In this document: positions 28,679 to 39,529 of the stretch, piece after piece | Layout: each line of letters begins with the position of its first letter | Numbering within the stretch: the stretch's first letter is position 1 | Assembly: GCA_051880695.1 (NCBI GenBank) | Contig: JBJEOK010000049.1 | Coordinates: forward strand, 300 to 64,299 | Length of the DNA stretch: 64,000 nucleotides | From: Acutalibacteraceae bacterium | GTDB taxonomy: Bacteria; Bacillota; Clostridia; Oscillospirales; Acutalibacteraceae | Reading direction: 5' to 3' | Translations under genes and position numbers: made by a program | Notes under the pieces: generated by a model | The model's input: only the letters and a program-made list of their open reading frames with translations | Told to the model about the DNA's origin: nothing | Database searches by the model: none

Positions 28679-31429
28679 TTACCCTTGATTTGCGCCGGGT
28701 CTTCCGCAGCATTTTTTATACTTCTTTCCGCTGCCGCAGGGGCAAGGGTCATTTACACCGACTTTTTTATCGCTTTTAACAGGCTTTTTCTTTTCACTGC
28801 CGTCACCGCCTGTTGAAGTGCTTGTTATTTTAGCAACTTCCTCACGTTTGATTTCCTCGTCGGTTTTAAAATGTGCCGAAAGAACAATTTTTACCGTATC
28901 GTCACGGATTGAAGATGTCATTTCCTCAAACATATCATAACTGAGCTCTCTGAAAGCAACAACGGGGTCTTTTTGTCCGTAAGCCAAAAGTCCCACGCTT
29001 CTCTTAAGCTCGTCCATAGCGTCGATGTAGTCCATCCACTTCATATCAACGTTTCTAAGGAGCATCTCGCGTTCAATATTACGCATCATTTCCTCGCCGT
29101 AAAGAGCCTCTCTCTCCTCGTGAAGCTTGTGAGCACGGTCGGTGAGCAAATCATAAATTTCTTCTGTCTTATACTTTCTGTCCTCGGTAAAGTCGTCTTC
29201 GGTTGTGAGCCAACCCATATATTTCTCTCTGAGTGACGGGAAGTGCCACTCATTTGACGGCACGTTTGCAGGGCAGAAAAACTCTACACTGTCGCCTATT
29301 GATTCGTCAATCATCTTAGTGATAACAGGCTTCATATCGTCGCCGTTTAAAACCTTATCACGCTGAGAGTAAATAATCTCACGCTGTTTATTCATAACGT
29401 CGTCAAAGGCGATAACGTGACGTCTTGCGGCAAAGTTGTTGCCCTCAACCTTACGCTGTGCAGACTCAACCTGTTTTGTAAGCATACCTACCTCTATGGG
29501 AGTATCCTTATCAACAGGCATACTGTTCATAATGGCAGCCATTCTGTCACCGCCGAAAAGACGCAAAAGGTCGTCCTGCATTGAAAGGAAGAAGCGGCTT
29601 TCACCGGGGTCGCCCTGACGTCCTGCACGGCCTCGAAGCTGATTGTCAATACGTCTTGAATCGTGTCTTTCCGTACCGATTATATAAAGACCGCCTGCCT
29701 GTCTCACCTTTTCGGCTTCTTCTTTAATTTCCTCTTTAAACTCTTTTTCAAGGCGGGTAAAGGTTGCCCTTGCCTCAAGGATATCCTCGTTATCGGTGTC
29801 GCCGAAAGCGGTAGCTTCGCTTATAAGCTCCTCGGAATACTCCATTTTACGCATCTGGCTTTTTGCAAGAAATTCCGCATTACCGCCGAGCATAATATCG
29901 GTACCGCGTCCTGCCATATTGGTAGCAATTGTAACGGCGCCTAATTTACCTGCCTGTGCAACAATTTCCGCTTCCTTATCGTGATGCTTTGCATTTAAAA
30001 CATTGTGCTTTATGCCCCTCTTTTTAAGGGCGGCGGAAAGCTTTTCGCTCTTTTCAATGGAAATGGTACCCACAAGCACCGGCTGACCTTTTTCGTGGCA
30101 CTTTAAAATCTGCTCAATAATGGCGTCAAACTTGAATTTTTCCGTTTGATATATGACATCGTTGTTATCTTTTCTCAAAAGGGGCTTGTTTGTGGGAATT
30201 TCAACGGCATCAAGGGAGTAAATCTCTCTGAATTCGTTGACCTCTGTCATAGCTGTACCTGTCATACCGGAAAGCTTTTTGTAAAGACGGAAGTAGTTCT
30301 GGAAAGTAATTGTAGCAAGGGTCTTATTCTCTCTTGCAACCTTTACGTTTTCCTTGGCCTCAATAGCTTGGTGAAGTCCGTCATTGTAACGTCTGCCCAG
30401 CATAATACGGCCTGTAAACTCGTCAACAATAAGCACCTGACCGTCTTTCACAACATAGTCAATGTCCCTTGTCATAATGCCGTGAGCCTTAATTGCAATG
30501 TTAAGATGGTGGGAAAGTGTAAGATTTTCAGGGTCGGAAAGGTTTTCAATACCGAAGAATTTTTCAGCCTTTTGAATACCGCTTTTTGTAAGGTTACAGG
30601 TCTTTGCCTTTTCGTCAACAACGTAATCGGCACCGCTTTCCTTAGCTAAGTCTTCAAGGTTTGCCTTTGAATCGGTTTCGGCTACCTTGAAGCACTTAAG
30701 GCCCGAAACAAAGCTGTTGGCAATGGCATAAAGCTCTGAGGATTTACCGCCCATACCGGAAATAATAAGGGGAGTTCTTGCCTCGTCGATAAGAATTGAG
30801 TCAACCTCGTCGACTATGGCATAGTTGTGACCTCTTTGTACCTTTTGGTCCATATAAAGCACCATGTTGTCACGAAGATAGTCAAAGCCCATTTCGTTGT
30901 TTGTGCCGTAAGTGATGTCGGCGGCATAAGCCTTGCGGCGCTCACTGTTATCAAGTCCGTTTACAACAAGACCCACGCTTAAACCGAGGAAACGGTAAAC
31001 CTTGCCCATCCACTCACTGTCACGGCGAGCCAGGTAATCGTTGACAGTAACAATGTGCACACCTTTTCCCTCAAGTGCGTTAAGGTATGCCGGAAGCGTT
31101 GCAACAAGGGTTTTACCCTCACCTGTTTTCATTTCGGCAATTCTGCCTTGGTGAAGTATAATACCGCCCATAATCTGTACAGGGAAGTGCTTCATACCTA
31201 AAACACGCCACGAAGCCTCACGGCAGACGGCAAATGCCTCGGGCAAAAGCTTGTCAAGGTCTTCGCCCTTTTCAAGGCGGTCTTTAAATTCATTTGTTTT
31301 TGCTTTAAGCTCTGTGTCGGAAAGTGCAGAGTATTCTTCTTCGTAAGATAGCACTTTATCAACAAGAGGTCTTACTCTTTTAATTTCTTTGGCACTGTAA
31401 TCGCCGAAAAGCTTTTTAAGTAAGCCCAT
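28679..31429 (-). CDS. secA: preprotein translocase ATPase SecA
   Basis: 916 aa with '[11 protein letters not shown]', a DEAD-like '[19 protein letters not shown]' and the C-terminal zinc motif '[14 protein letters not shown]'. Confidence 0.97.
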   Translation of the reverse strand: MGLLKKLFGDYSAKEIKRVRPLVDKVLSYEEEYSALSDTELKAKTNEFKDRLEKGEDLDKLLPEAFAVCREASWRVLGMKHFPVQIMGGIILHQGRIAEMKTGEGKTLVATLPAYLNALEGKGVHIVTVNDYLARRDSEWMGKVYRFLGLSVGLVVNGLDNSERRKAYAADITYGTNNEMGFDYLRDNMVLYMDQKVQRGHNYAIVDEVDSILIDEARTPLIISGMGGKSSELYAIANSFVSGLKCFKVAETDSKANLEDLAKESGADYVVDEKAKTCNLTKSGIQKAEKFFGIENLSDPENLTLSHHLNIAIKAHGIMTRDIDYVVKDGQVLIVDEFTGRIMLGRRYNDGLHQAIEAKENVKVARENKTLATITFQNYFRLYKKLSGMTGTAMTEVNEFREIYSLDAVEIPTNKPLLRKDNNDVIYQTEKFKFDAIIEQILKCHEKGQPVLVGTISIEKSEKLSAALKKRGIKHNVLNAKHHDKEAEIVAQAGKLGAVTIATNMAGRGTDIMLGGNAEFLAKSQMRKMEYSEELISEATAFGDTDNEDILEARATFTRLEKEFKEEIKEEAEKVRQAGGLYIIGTERHDSRRIDNQLRGRAGRQGDPGESRFFLSMQDDLLRLFGGDRMAAIMNSMPVDKDTPIEVGMLTKQVESAQRKVEGNNFAARRHVIAFDDVMNKQREIIYSQRDKVLNGDDMKPVITKMIDESIGDSVEFFCPANVPSNEWHFPSLREKYMGWLTTEDDFTEDRKYKTEEIYDLLTDRAHKLHEEREALYGEEMMRNIEREMLLRNVDMKWMDYIDAMDELKRSVGLLAYGQKDPVVAFRELSYDMFEEMTSSIRDDTVKIVLSAHFKTDEEIKREEVAKITSTSTGGDGSEKKKPVKSDKKVGVNDPCPCGSGKKYKKCCGRPGANQG

Positions 31430-31564
31430 TTATATCACCTCTAATATTATTTTCACATAAATTTAATCACAAGTACTTTATTTTAACATAAAACAATTCC
31501 CTTTTCAACTGTTTTAATAAATATAGACAATTATTCTTCTTAACAAAAAATTCAACAGATTTGT

Positions 31565-31593
31565 TTGCATTCTGATACACATAGTGCTATAAT
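31565..31593 (+). promoter_or_regulatory. sigma-A promoter (TTGCAT-17-TATAAT) upstream of the mgtC-family gene
   Basis: ttgcat 31565-31570, tataat 31588-31593. Confidence 0.55.
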
Positions 31594-31687
31594 GTATTGG
31601 AGTTAACATAATAATGCAATTTTTCACCGAGCAGATTTCTGTTGGGTGCGCTTTGCTGTTTTTGAAAGAGGAAAGAGGATAAATATT

Positions 31688-32398
31688 ATGGAGTATATCA
31701 AGGCTTTTTTTGAACTTGCGGAAGTCAGATACTTTTTCGATGCGGTATTTAAAATGATTGTGGTTATCGTTTTAAGCGGTATAATCGGCTTTGAAAGGGA
31801 ACATTCTCACAGACCGGCAGGCTTTCGTACACATATTCTTGTTGCCGTAGGCTCCACCCTTGTTATGATGACCTCTGCCTATGTTTTTAAGGAATACGAG
31901 GGCATCACCGCCTTTGACCCTACAAGACTCGGTGCACAGGTAATAAGCGGTATAGGCTTCTTAGGTGCCGGTACAATTCTGCGTGAGGGCTTTTCGGTTA
32001 AGGGACTTACAACGGCCGCCTCTCTTTGGGCGGTTTCCTGTATAGGTCTTGCCGTAGGTGCGGGCTACTATGTGGGCGCGATTACAACAACCCTTGTAAT
32101 TTACCTCACACTTAACACCTTTAAGCGCTTTATTGCCAAGAGCAACCCCTCAAAAAATATTTACATTGAAGCGGAAAATATGTCACATCAGGCGGCGGAA
32201 ATCGGAACAATAATCAAGCGTTACGGCGGCAATCTTCACACCCTTGAGGTGCTTTATGCCGACAGCTCACCCACAAAACGTAAAAGTGACAGCGTTGTTA
32301 TGAAAGCAGTGGTCTTCCCCCGTGACGAGGATTCACTCAACCTTACAATTTCCGCAATACGTTCCCTTGAGGGAATAAGAGATTTGTATATTGACTGA
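31688..32398 (+). CDS. MgtC/SapB-family membrane protein
   Basis: 'GFEREHSHRPAGFRTHILV' MgtC signature. ATG 31688 is preceded by a GAAAGAGGAAAGAGGA SD region. Confidence 0.85.
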   Translation: MEYIKAFFELAEVRYFFDAVFKMIVVIVLSGIIGFEREHSHRPAGFRTHILVAVGSTLVMMTSAYVFKEYEGITAFDPTRLGAQVISGIGFLGAGTILREGFSVKGLTTAASLWAVSCIGLAVGAGYYVGAITTTLVIYLTLNTFKRFIAKSNPSKNIYIEAENMSHQAAEIGTIIKRYGGNLHTLEVLYADSSPTKRKSDSVVMKAVVFPRDEDSLNLTISAIRSLEGIRDLYID

Positions 32399-32438
32399 TT
32401 TTTCAGTTTATATAAAACCGAAAGGAGACTAAAAAAAT

Positions 32439-35081
32439 ATGAAAAGAATATTTGCAGCAATTTTATCTTTGTGCTTGCTTGCCGGAATGTGTCTGCCTGT
32501 GCTTGCAGCGACACAGGGCAATACAGGGGACAAAAACGCCCCGGTTTTAAGGCTTGTTGTACCTGAAAACTGGGAAATGAAAATAGGTGACAGCAGAAGT
32601 GTTGACGCGGCAATGGGTAACACCGAAAACCGTGTTATAACCTGGAGCTGTGACCCTGCTGACGTTGCAAGTGTTGACCCATGGGGCAGAGTTACCGCAC
32701 TCAAAGAGGGCACTGCCACCGTAAAGGCAAAAAACAGTGACGGACTTGAAGACAGTGTAACACTCAGGGTTGTAAAGAAAAGCACAAAAGCAGACATAAA
32801 AAACACAAAAATTGACTTTGAGGGTGAAGCTTCACCTTTGGGCGAAAACCTGCAAAAGGTTGTTACAAGATACGAAATCGGCGACAAAAACGTACCTGAA
32901 AAAGTTACCGATAAGGACAGCTACGGTGAAAATCAGTCTGCCACCACAAAAGACGGTGCTAAGTGGGAAATCACCTCCTACGGTGTACTTCGCACCGATG
33001 AAAAAGCAAAGGATTCACGGGATAAGCTTCAGCGCTTTATGGGGGACAGATACTTCTATTCACCCGACACAGGCGAGGGTAAGGTGCTTGCAATTTTCCC
33101 CGACGGTGAAAACGGCATCTGGACTGTAATGGACGAGGGCTATACCCACATTGAAATGAAAAAAATCTCCGGTGAAGAAAAAGCCGTACAAATGAGTGAC
33201 AATACACAAAAATACGTTGCAAGGCGCGGTATGGTTTCCGAGGCCTATTATCACGAGGACATTGACAAATGGGTTCCCGACGAAAGCGACAACGACGGTC
33301 TGTGGACAGCTATGTACGGTGCAGGCGAGCTTATGCGTTATGCTACACTGCGTGACGACCCGACCGCCTCAAAAAAGGAAATAGAAGCGGCTAAAAAAAC
33401 CGCCTACCTTTCAGTTGAGGCAGTGCTTTTCCTCACATACGTTTCAATGCGTGAGGGCACCGTTGAATCCTATGTAAGAGCACAGCAAAACGGCTCAATC
33501 ACTAACTATGACAAGGGCAAATATTACACCAAAAACGTACTCATTGACGGCGGAGACTATTCACAGTCGGTACCCTTTGAAAGCCCTGCCGAAGCCTTTA
33601 ACAATATGCAAAAGGCATATATGAGCTACGGCAAAACCTCTTACACGCAAGAGGACTGCAACCTTAAGCTTTTCAGCGATGACAGCTGGACTGACATCAC
33701 AACAGACACAAAATCAGCTGCCGCAAAGCGCACAAGAAACCTCGAGGGCTTCTGGGCAAGAACCTACTCACTCAAAAGCGAAAAAGAAGCCGGCTACGGC
33801 GACTATGAAGGCTATATTTACTGGAGCCACAACGGTGACGGCACTGCAACAGGCGTTTCGGACAAAAAGGCAAAAGACGGCAGTGATTTTCTTCTCAACA
33901 ATGAAAATCTCCGCGGACTTAATATAAACGCAACCAAAAAAATTCCCGAAAGACTTTGGAATGACCTTTTAGACGCCGACGTAAATCTTGAAGACATTGT
34001 TTACAAAGGCGACACAAGTGCCGACGAGGTTATCGGTCACCTTTTCCTTTATAAATTGGCTTACGATATCATCGGTCCCGAAGACGCTGAAATCAAAAAA
34101 CTTCTTGTTGACACAATGGAAAGCTTTGCACAGCACATTGTTGACAACGGCTACAACCTTGTTGACGGTTCGGGTCAGCCTACAACCTGGGGCAAATATA
34201 ACAGGATCTACCTGCACAACGGTCAGGTTTTAGGCGGTGCACCCCTACAGTCAGCCGTTATCCTTTCGGCATTCAAGGTTGCCGCCTACATCACAGGCAA
34301 TCAAAAATGGGAGGACGAGTACAAAATGGCCGCCCTCGACGAGCAGTATCAGTATGCGGAAATCATGACGCAGGAATACGAAAGATACCGCTTTGCCATT
34401 TTGGAATATGCAAACTCCGCCTCACCTGTTTTAGGCTTTATCTTCCGTCCCATTATTGATACAGCCTCTTTTGACACCCTTTACAGAATGATTCTCAACT
34501 ATTCCGACGAGGAAATGGCAATGCTTGCATTTTATCTGCTTTTCCAGCTGGAAACCGATGAGGAGCTTCTCACTTATTACAGAGCCGCCCTTGACGATTG
34601 GTGGTACTCCATGAGCTTCAGCGAAAATCCCTTGTGGTATTACATTTATCAATTGGCTTATCCCGACGAGGAAAAGACAGACGCCTACGGCAACAGCCTT
34701 ATTGACACAGCCGCCTGGCAGCTTTCACGTCATCCTATCGACACAAGACGTTTCCTTGCCTCAAACGAAAACCGTGATGATATAAAAGAGCTTGACCTTG
34801 ACGAAGTAGGTATCGGCGACGTGAGAATACTCTCTTACGACTTAAACGGCACTTTGCCCTATTTCCATGACAGTGACAGCGATATATTAAGGCTTATAGG
34901 TATAGTGTTCTCCTTAGGTAAGCTTGATTGGAAGGTCGCTCCCGCAGACGAAAGAGCAATGCACAAATTCAACGCCTCTACCTATCGGCTTGACACCGAC
35001 TACAATCCCGACTGTATGGAAGGCTCCACAACCTACACTCTCCCCTACTGGATGGGCAGATACCACGGAATGTTAAAATAA
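32439..35081 (+). CDS. large secreted protein with N-terminal Big_2 (bacterial Ig-like) domain, unknown function
   Basis: Signal peptide 'MKRIFAAILSLCLLAGMCLPVLAA'. Big_2-like 'VITWSCDPADVASVDPWGRVTALKEGTATVKA'. About 750 further residues without motifs I can name. Confidence 0.7.
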   Translation: MKRIFAAILSLCLLAGMCLPVLAATQGNTGDKNAPVLRLVVPENWEMKIGDSRSVDAAMGNTENRVITWSCDPADVASVDPWGRVTALKEGTATVKAKNSDGLEDSVTLRVVKKSTKADIKNTKIDFEGEASPLGENLQKVVTRYEIGDKNVPEKVTDKDSYGENQSATTKDGAKWEITSYGVLRTDEKAKDSRDKLQRFMGDRYFYSPDTGEGKVLAIFPDGENGIWTVMDEGYTHIEMKKISGEEKAVQMSDNTQKYVARRGMVSEAYYHEDIDKWVPDESDNDGLWTAMYGAGELMRYATLRDDPTASKKEIEAAKKTAYLSVEAVLFLTYVSMREGTVESYVRAQQNGSITNYDKGKYYTKNVLIDGGDYSQSVPFESPAEAFNNMQKAYMSYGKTSYTQEDCNLKLFSDDSWTDITTDTKSAAAKRTRNLEGFWARTYSLKSEKEAGYGDYEGYIYWSHNGDGTATGVSDKKAKDGSDFLLNNENLRGLNINATKKIPERLWNDLLDADVNLEDIVYKGDTSADEVIGHLFLYKLAYDIIGPEDAEIKKLLVDTMESFAQHIVDNGYNLVDGSGQPTTWGKYNRIYLHNGQVLGGAPLQSAVILSAFKVAAYITGNQKWEDEYKMAALDEQYQYAEIMTQEYERYRFAILEYANSASPVLGFIFRPIIDTASFDTLYRMILNYSDEEMAMLAFYLLFQLETDEELLTYYRAALDDWWYSMSFSENPLWYYIYQLAYPDEEKTDAYGNSLIDTAAWQLSRHPIDTRRFLASNENRDDIKELDLDEVGIGDVRILSYDLNGTLPYFHDSDSDILRLIGIVFSLGKLDWKVAPADERAMHKFNASTYRLDTDYNPDCMEGSTTYTLPYWMGRYHGMLK

Positions 35082-35095
35082 AACCTCAAAAACAG

Positions 35096-35124
35096 CCCTG
35101 CAACACATTGTTGCGGGGTTTTTT
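35096..35124 (+). terminator. intrinsic terminator
   Basis: ccctgcaac/gttgcgggg stem (one G.U) followed by tttttt. Confidence 0.75.
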
Positions 35125-35202
35125 GCTCCTTTTTTAATAAAAAAGCTATCATTTTTCTTTTGCAGATGATACACTTATACCACAAAGAAAGAGGTGATTT
35201 TT

Positions 35203-36738
35203 ATGTCAAAGGTTGCAAAGAACATCAAAAGGCTTCGCACCGAAAACGGACTTACTCAGCAAGACTTAGCCCAAAAGCTTCACGTTACAAGGCAGACCCT
35301 TTCCTCTTGGGAAACAAACCGCACTCAGCCTGACATTGAAACCTTAGGTATACTTGCCGAGATTTTCTCCGTAGAGCTTGAAGAATTGATTTACGGCAAA
35401 AAAAGACGTAAAGACGGTGAAGAAAAGCCATCATACAGTAACACTCTCATTGTAGTGCTTTCGGTTATAGGCTGTCTTTTTATTTCCGTAGGTGCAGTTT
35501 TAATTATAGTAAAATATTGGCAGGAATTGCCTGACGGCTTTAAACTGCTTTTATGCTTTTTGCCTGCACTTATAGGTCAGTTCTTAGGTCTTTTTACATT
35601 TTTCAAAAAACGGGACAGTATACCCTGGTGTGAGGGAATCAGTATTTTATGGATTATAGGCGTTGTTGCAACAACCTATATGCTCCTTAATTCACACCCT
35701 TACATAAAAGATTATGACAACGGCATTTTCAACATAATTTTAGGGTGCTTGCTTTTTGCAATACTCCCCCTGTTAAAATCCTTTTCCCCGGTTATCGCTT
35801 TTTTCGGTTACGGCTTTACAGGCTTTTATTGGCTTTACAGTCAGCATATTGACTTTAACCTGTTCAGCCTTTCAAACTCCTTATTTGACATTATTAAATT
35901 TATAGCCGTAACCGTAGCTTACTTCGGTTTTATGCTTTTCGGGCTTTATTTTGCTTCACGTTATTTTAAAAAAGAAGCTAATATATTAAGGTATACATTT
36001 TTTAATTGGATAAGCTTTTTTGTAATCACTGCCTTGCCTTTTATGCCTTTACTGCACATTCAGCTCACTGCCTGTTATATTCCCATAATCATTACAACAA
36101 TGCTTTGCTGTTACCTGTTTATAGGTGAAAGCCACACCGACTTTTTCTCTCCCTACAAATTTTTTGCCCTGCCGCTTTCTGCGGTTATAATGTGCATTTT
36201 AAGTGTATTAGGCTTTCCGTACGACGGTGAAAAATCATTTATGCTTGTTTTTTTTGTGTTGCCGCTTCTGCCCTTATGCTTCCTCTTTTTTGAAAAGACC
36301 CGTCCGAAAGAAAAGCTCTTTAAGGTCTATTCCCTTTTATTTTGTGCGGTAAGCATTTTAAACGCCTTAATTACCGCAGTTTGCATTTATGTAAGCCGTG
36401 ATAACCCCATCGCTGCGGAAACTACACCTGAAAATAATCTTTTTTCAGCTTTGCAAACGCTTAACATTATTGTCATCCTGTCGGCTTTTGTTGTGCTTAT
36501 TATCTGCGGTGCAAAACAAAGAAAGCTTTATTACATCAACCTCGGTTTTTTAGGCAGTTGTGCGGTAATAATTTCACAGCTTGCTTTACTGGATATAGGA
36601 CTTATAGGTATAGGTTTACTGTTTATCCTTTTCGGCAGCGGACTTCTTGCCCTTAACCTTAAAATTTCAAAGCTGAAAAAGAAAGAGGAGGAAGAAAAAA
36701 ACCTCCGCTTACTTGAAAGCAAAGCAGAGGAGGAATGA
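35203..36738 (+). CDS. XRE-family HTH domain fused to a polytopic (about 12 TM) membrane domain
   Basis: 'IKRLRTENGLTQQDLAQKLHVTRQTLSSWETNRTQP' Cro/C1 HTH, followed by about 430 aa of hydrophobic segments. ATG 35203 follows AAGAAAGAGG. Confidence 0.8.
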   Translation: MSKVAKNIKRLRTENGLTQQDLAQKLHVTRQTLSSWETNRTQPDIETLGILAEIFSVELEELIYGKKRRKDGEEKPSYSNTLIVVLSVIGCLFISVGAVLIIVKYWQELPDGFKLLLCFLPALIGQFLGLFTFFKKRDSIPWCEGISILWIIGVVATTYMLLNSHPYIKDYDNGIFNIILGCLLFAILPLLKSFSPVIAFFGYGFTGFYWLYSQHIDFNLFSLSNSLFDIIKFIAVTVAYFGFMLFGLYFASRYFKKEANILRYTFFNWISFFVITALPFMPLLHIQLTACYIPIIITTMLCCYLFIGESHTDFFSPYKFFALPLSAVIMCILSVLGFPYDGEKSFMLVFFVLPLLPLCFLFFEKTRPKEKLFKVYSLLFCAVSILNALITAVCIYVSRDNPIAAETTPENNLFSALQTLNIIVILSAFVVLIICGAKQRKLYYINLGFLGSCAVIISQLALLDIGLIGIGLLFILFGSGLLALNLKISKLKKKEEEEKNLRLLESKAEEE

Positions 36739-36740
36739 TT

Positions 36741-37337
36741 ATGAAAGCAAAAGCACTTACTGTATTTGCAATTTTTCTTGTAATTTTACAGCTTACCTTT
36801 CCCACATATTTTCTCGCTGACGCAGTTAAAAGAGAAAGTGAAGTTTTAGAAAAAGGCGAAGAATACATAATCAACTTTAATGAAATATATATTTATTACA
36901 AAGAACGCTACTATTTCGGCTATCAAAACTGTTACGAAATTAAAAATTATTACGGGGACAGCGATGAGCTTTATTTAAGTGAGCTTTATTTATATGATTA
37001 CTACGACCTTGCCGTTAAAAAAGACGAAAAGGGAAACACCGAATTTTATATTGCAGAAACACTTTCAAATGAAGAGCTTGAAGCTGTGGACAGGTTTCCC
37101 AATAACATTTACATTGATACCCGGGACTTTGAATTTACAGGCAGTATCAAAAATGATGAAGAGCTTTATAATCTGCTGTTTTCCGATGAAGAAGACTTCA
37201 TACCCTACAAGGAGTTTTCCGACGGTTTTTTCACAAATGAAATTAAGGGCCGGCTTAAAATAAAGCTTTACGGCGGCATACTGAAAGTAACAGAAGTTAT
37301 AATTGATGATGAAGTTATTTTAAAGTTAGAAAAATAA
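36741..37337 (+). CDS. N-terminally anchored protein, unknown function (weak GDYXXLXY-like 'GDSDELYL')
   Basis: The upstream gene's stop TGA (36736-36738) lies within the atgattatg start region. GAGGAGGA SD. TM 'ALTVFAIFLVILQLTF'. Confidence 0.65.
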   Translation: MKAKALTVFAIFLVILQLTFPTYFLADAVKRESEVLEKGEEYIINFNEIYIYYKERYYFGYQNCYEIKNYYGDSDELYLSELYLYDYYDLAVKKDEKGNTEFYIAETLSNEELEAVDRFPNNIYIDTRDFEFTGSIKNDEELYNLLFSDEEDFIPYKEFSDGFFTNEIKGRLKIKLYGGILKVTEVIIDDEVILKLEK

Positions 37338-37351
37338 AACCTTATTACCTG

Positions 37352-37385
37352 AAAAGGTCAGCTTCAAAACAAAAGCTGACCTTTT
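37352..37385. terminator. bidirectional terminator (aaaaggtcagctt stem)
   Basis: Perfect 13-bp stem aaaaggtcagctt/aagctgacctttt with A/T runs on both sides. Confidence 0.75.
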
Positions 37386-37410
37386 TTCATATTCATATTA
37401 AAGCTTTTCT

Positions 37411-37830
37411 TTAACCGCACAAATCCTTTAAAAAGTCAATTTCATTTTGACTGATTTCCCCGTCAACGGCAAAAATCATACAGAGCATAAGTGCAAAGTC
37501 GTCTAATTCCTCGCTTGTCATATCAAGGCAAACCGCCCTGAGGTCTGCAATGATTTTTTCATTTTCCTTAACCTGCTTAACAAAGCCGAGAAAATCTTTT
37601 TGCTTAATTCCCACAACGTCCTGCATAAGCTTTAATTCGGTTTCGGAAACATCGTTGTCAACGGAAGCGGTGTAAGCGGCAAGGCCTACAAGCATAATGG
37701 TTGCCGAATCGGTGTCGGTGTATTTTGCAACACTGTCAAGCACCTTGTCAACAATCACCTTGCCCTTTTCAACAATTTCCTCATAGCTCATTTTCTTCAC
37801 TTTGCTTAATAATCCGGTCCAGTCTCTCAT
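37411..37830 (-). CDS. small cytoplasmic protein, TerB-like helical fold (tentative)
   Basis: 139 aa. AGGAGA SD. Paired 'D..V...E...L' helices resembling TerB/DjlA-N domains. Weak call. Confidence 0.5.
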   Translation of the reverse strand: MRDWTGLLSKVKKMSYEEIVEKGKVIVDKVLDSVAKYTDTDSATIMLVGLAAYTASVDNDVSETELKLMQDVVGIKQKDFLGFVKQVKENEKIIADLRAVCLDMTSEELDDFALMLCMIFAVDGEISQNEIDFLKDLCG

Positions 37831-37892
37831 AATTTCTCCTGCCTTTCCTTGGTTAATAAGTATATTTAACGGTTTTAACCGTCATTTACGTT

Positions 37893-39380
37893 TTATCCGC
37901 CCACATGATACAAATTAGGCTTTTCGTATTCCGCCTCACTTGTAAGCTGTATGCCGAGCTTATTGAACATAATTGAGTCAACACTTGAGGGAATTACGGA
38001 AACGTGTGCCTGACAGCCTCTCAAAAGAGGCAGACAGGCTAAAGCCTTTTGTGCCTTTTCATTTGTTGCGGCACTTACCGAAAGGGCAACCAACACCTCG
38101 TCAACGTGAAGACGGGGGTTTTTACTGCCTAAGTAGTTAACTTTAAGGTCTTGCACCGGCTCAATGAGATACTCGGGAAGTAAAAGAAGCTCATCTTCAA
38201 GGCCTGCAAGATATTTGATTGCGTTGAGTATCGCCGCCGAAACCGCACCTAAAAGCTCCTTTGTTTTACCCACAATAATTGTGCCGTCGGAAAGCTCAAT
38301 TGCCGCGGCGGGAGCCTGCGTTTGCTCTGCGACTTTATTGGCGGTTTTGGCAACAAGCCTGTCAGAAGCGGTTACACCTGCCTTGTTCATAAGCAGAAGT
38401 ATTTTATCCTTTTCCCTGCTCTGAGCCGTACCGAAACGGGTATCGCAAAGGCAGTTATAATATCTTCTGATAATCTCCTGCTTTGCCGCCTGACAGACGA
38501 CCTCGTCATCACTGATACAGTTGCCCGCCATATTCACACCCATATCCGTAGGTGATTTATATGCGGAAAAGCCGTATATCTTAGTGAAAATAGCTTGAAG
38601 CACAGGGAAGATTTCCACATCTCTGTTATAATTTACGGTGGGCACACCGTAAGCTTCAAGATGGAAGGGGTCTATCATATTCATATCGTTGAGGTCGGCA
38701 GTTGCCGCCTCGTAAGCGAGGTTAACCGGGTGATTTAAAGGCAGATTCCATATCGGGAAGGTTTCAAACTTTGCATAGCCCGCCTCAATACCTCTCAGAT
38801 GCTCGTGATAAAGCTGTGAAAGACATACCGCCATTTTACCGCTGCCGGGTCCCGGAGCAGTTACAACAACAATTTTACGCTCGGTTTCAACAAACTCATT
38901 TTTGCCGTAGCCGTTTTGCGAAACAATAAGAGGCACATCTGAGGGATAACCGGGAATAAGATAATGAGTGAACACCTTTATGCCGAGATTTCTTAAATTG
39001 TCCTTGAAAATATCGGCAGCTCTCTGTCCGTCATATTGAGTTACAACAACACTGCCTACAAAAAGTCCCACGCTTCTGAAAAGGTCAATAAGGCGCAAAA
39101 CCTCTTTATCGTAGGAGATGTTAAGGTCACGTCTCAGCTTTTTCTGTTCAATGGCCTTTGCGCTTACGGCAATAATTATTTCGGCCTCGTCTTTAAGCTT
39201 TAACAGCATTTTAAGCTTACTGTCAGGCTTAAAGCCGGGGAGTACCCTTGCAGCGTGGTGGTCATCAAAAAGCTTTCCGCCGAATTCAAGGTAAAGCTTT
39301 CCGCCGAACTGCGAAAGACGCTGTCTTATGTGCTCAGACTGTGTTTTTATGTATTTTTCGTTGTCAAAACCGATTTTCAT
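37893..39380 (-). CDS. UPF0371/DUF1846-family protein
   Basis: 'MKIGFDNEKYIKTQSEHIRQRL ... GGKLYLEFGGKLFDDHHAARVLPGF' is the characteristic N-terminus of this family. About 495 aa. Confidence 0.8.
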   Translation of the reverse strand: MKIGFDNEKYIKTQSEHIRQRLSQFGGKLYLEFGGKLFDDHHAARVLPGFKPDSKLKMLLKLKDEAEIIIAVSAKAIEQKKLRRDLNISYDKEVLRLIDLFRSVGLFVGSVVVTQYDGQRAADIFKDNLRNLGIKVFTHYLIPGYPSDVPLIVSQNGYGKNEFVETERKIVVVTAPGPGSGKMAVCLSQLYHEHLRGIEAGYAKFETFPIWNLPLNHPVNLAYEAATADLNDMNMIDPFHLEAYGVPTVNYNRDVEIFPVLQAIFTKIYGFSAYKSPTDMGVNMAGNCISDDEVVCQAAKQEIIRRYYNCLCDTRFGTAQSREKDKILLLMNKAGVTASDRLVAKTANKVAEQTQAPAAAIELSDGTIIVGKTKELLGAVSAAILNAIKYLAGLEDELLLLPEYLIEPVQDLKVNYLGSKNPRLHVDEVLVALSVSAATNEKAQKALACLPLLRGCQAHVSVIPSSVDSIMFNKLGIQLTSEAEYEKPNLYHVGG

Positions 39381-39529
39381 CACTCATTCGCCTCGATTTA
39401 ATATTATTTTATAAACAAAATCTCAACGATAAATATATCATAAAAAAGCAGAATTTTCAACCTTTAATCTATCTTTATTCATTAAAAAGATGTATAATTT
39501 TATCTATCGAAATAAAAAGAGGTAAAATT

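Noticed and set aside
39248-39529. N-terminal 94-aa extension of ORF 39248..40003
   Set aside because: It overlaps the 5' end and upstream region of the DUF1846 gene on the opposite strand. The internal ATG at 39530 begins the conserved-looking Cys-rich protein.
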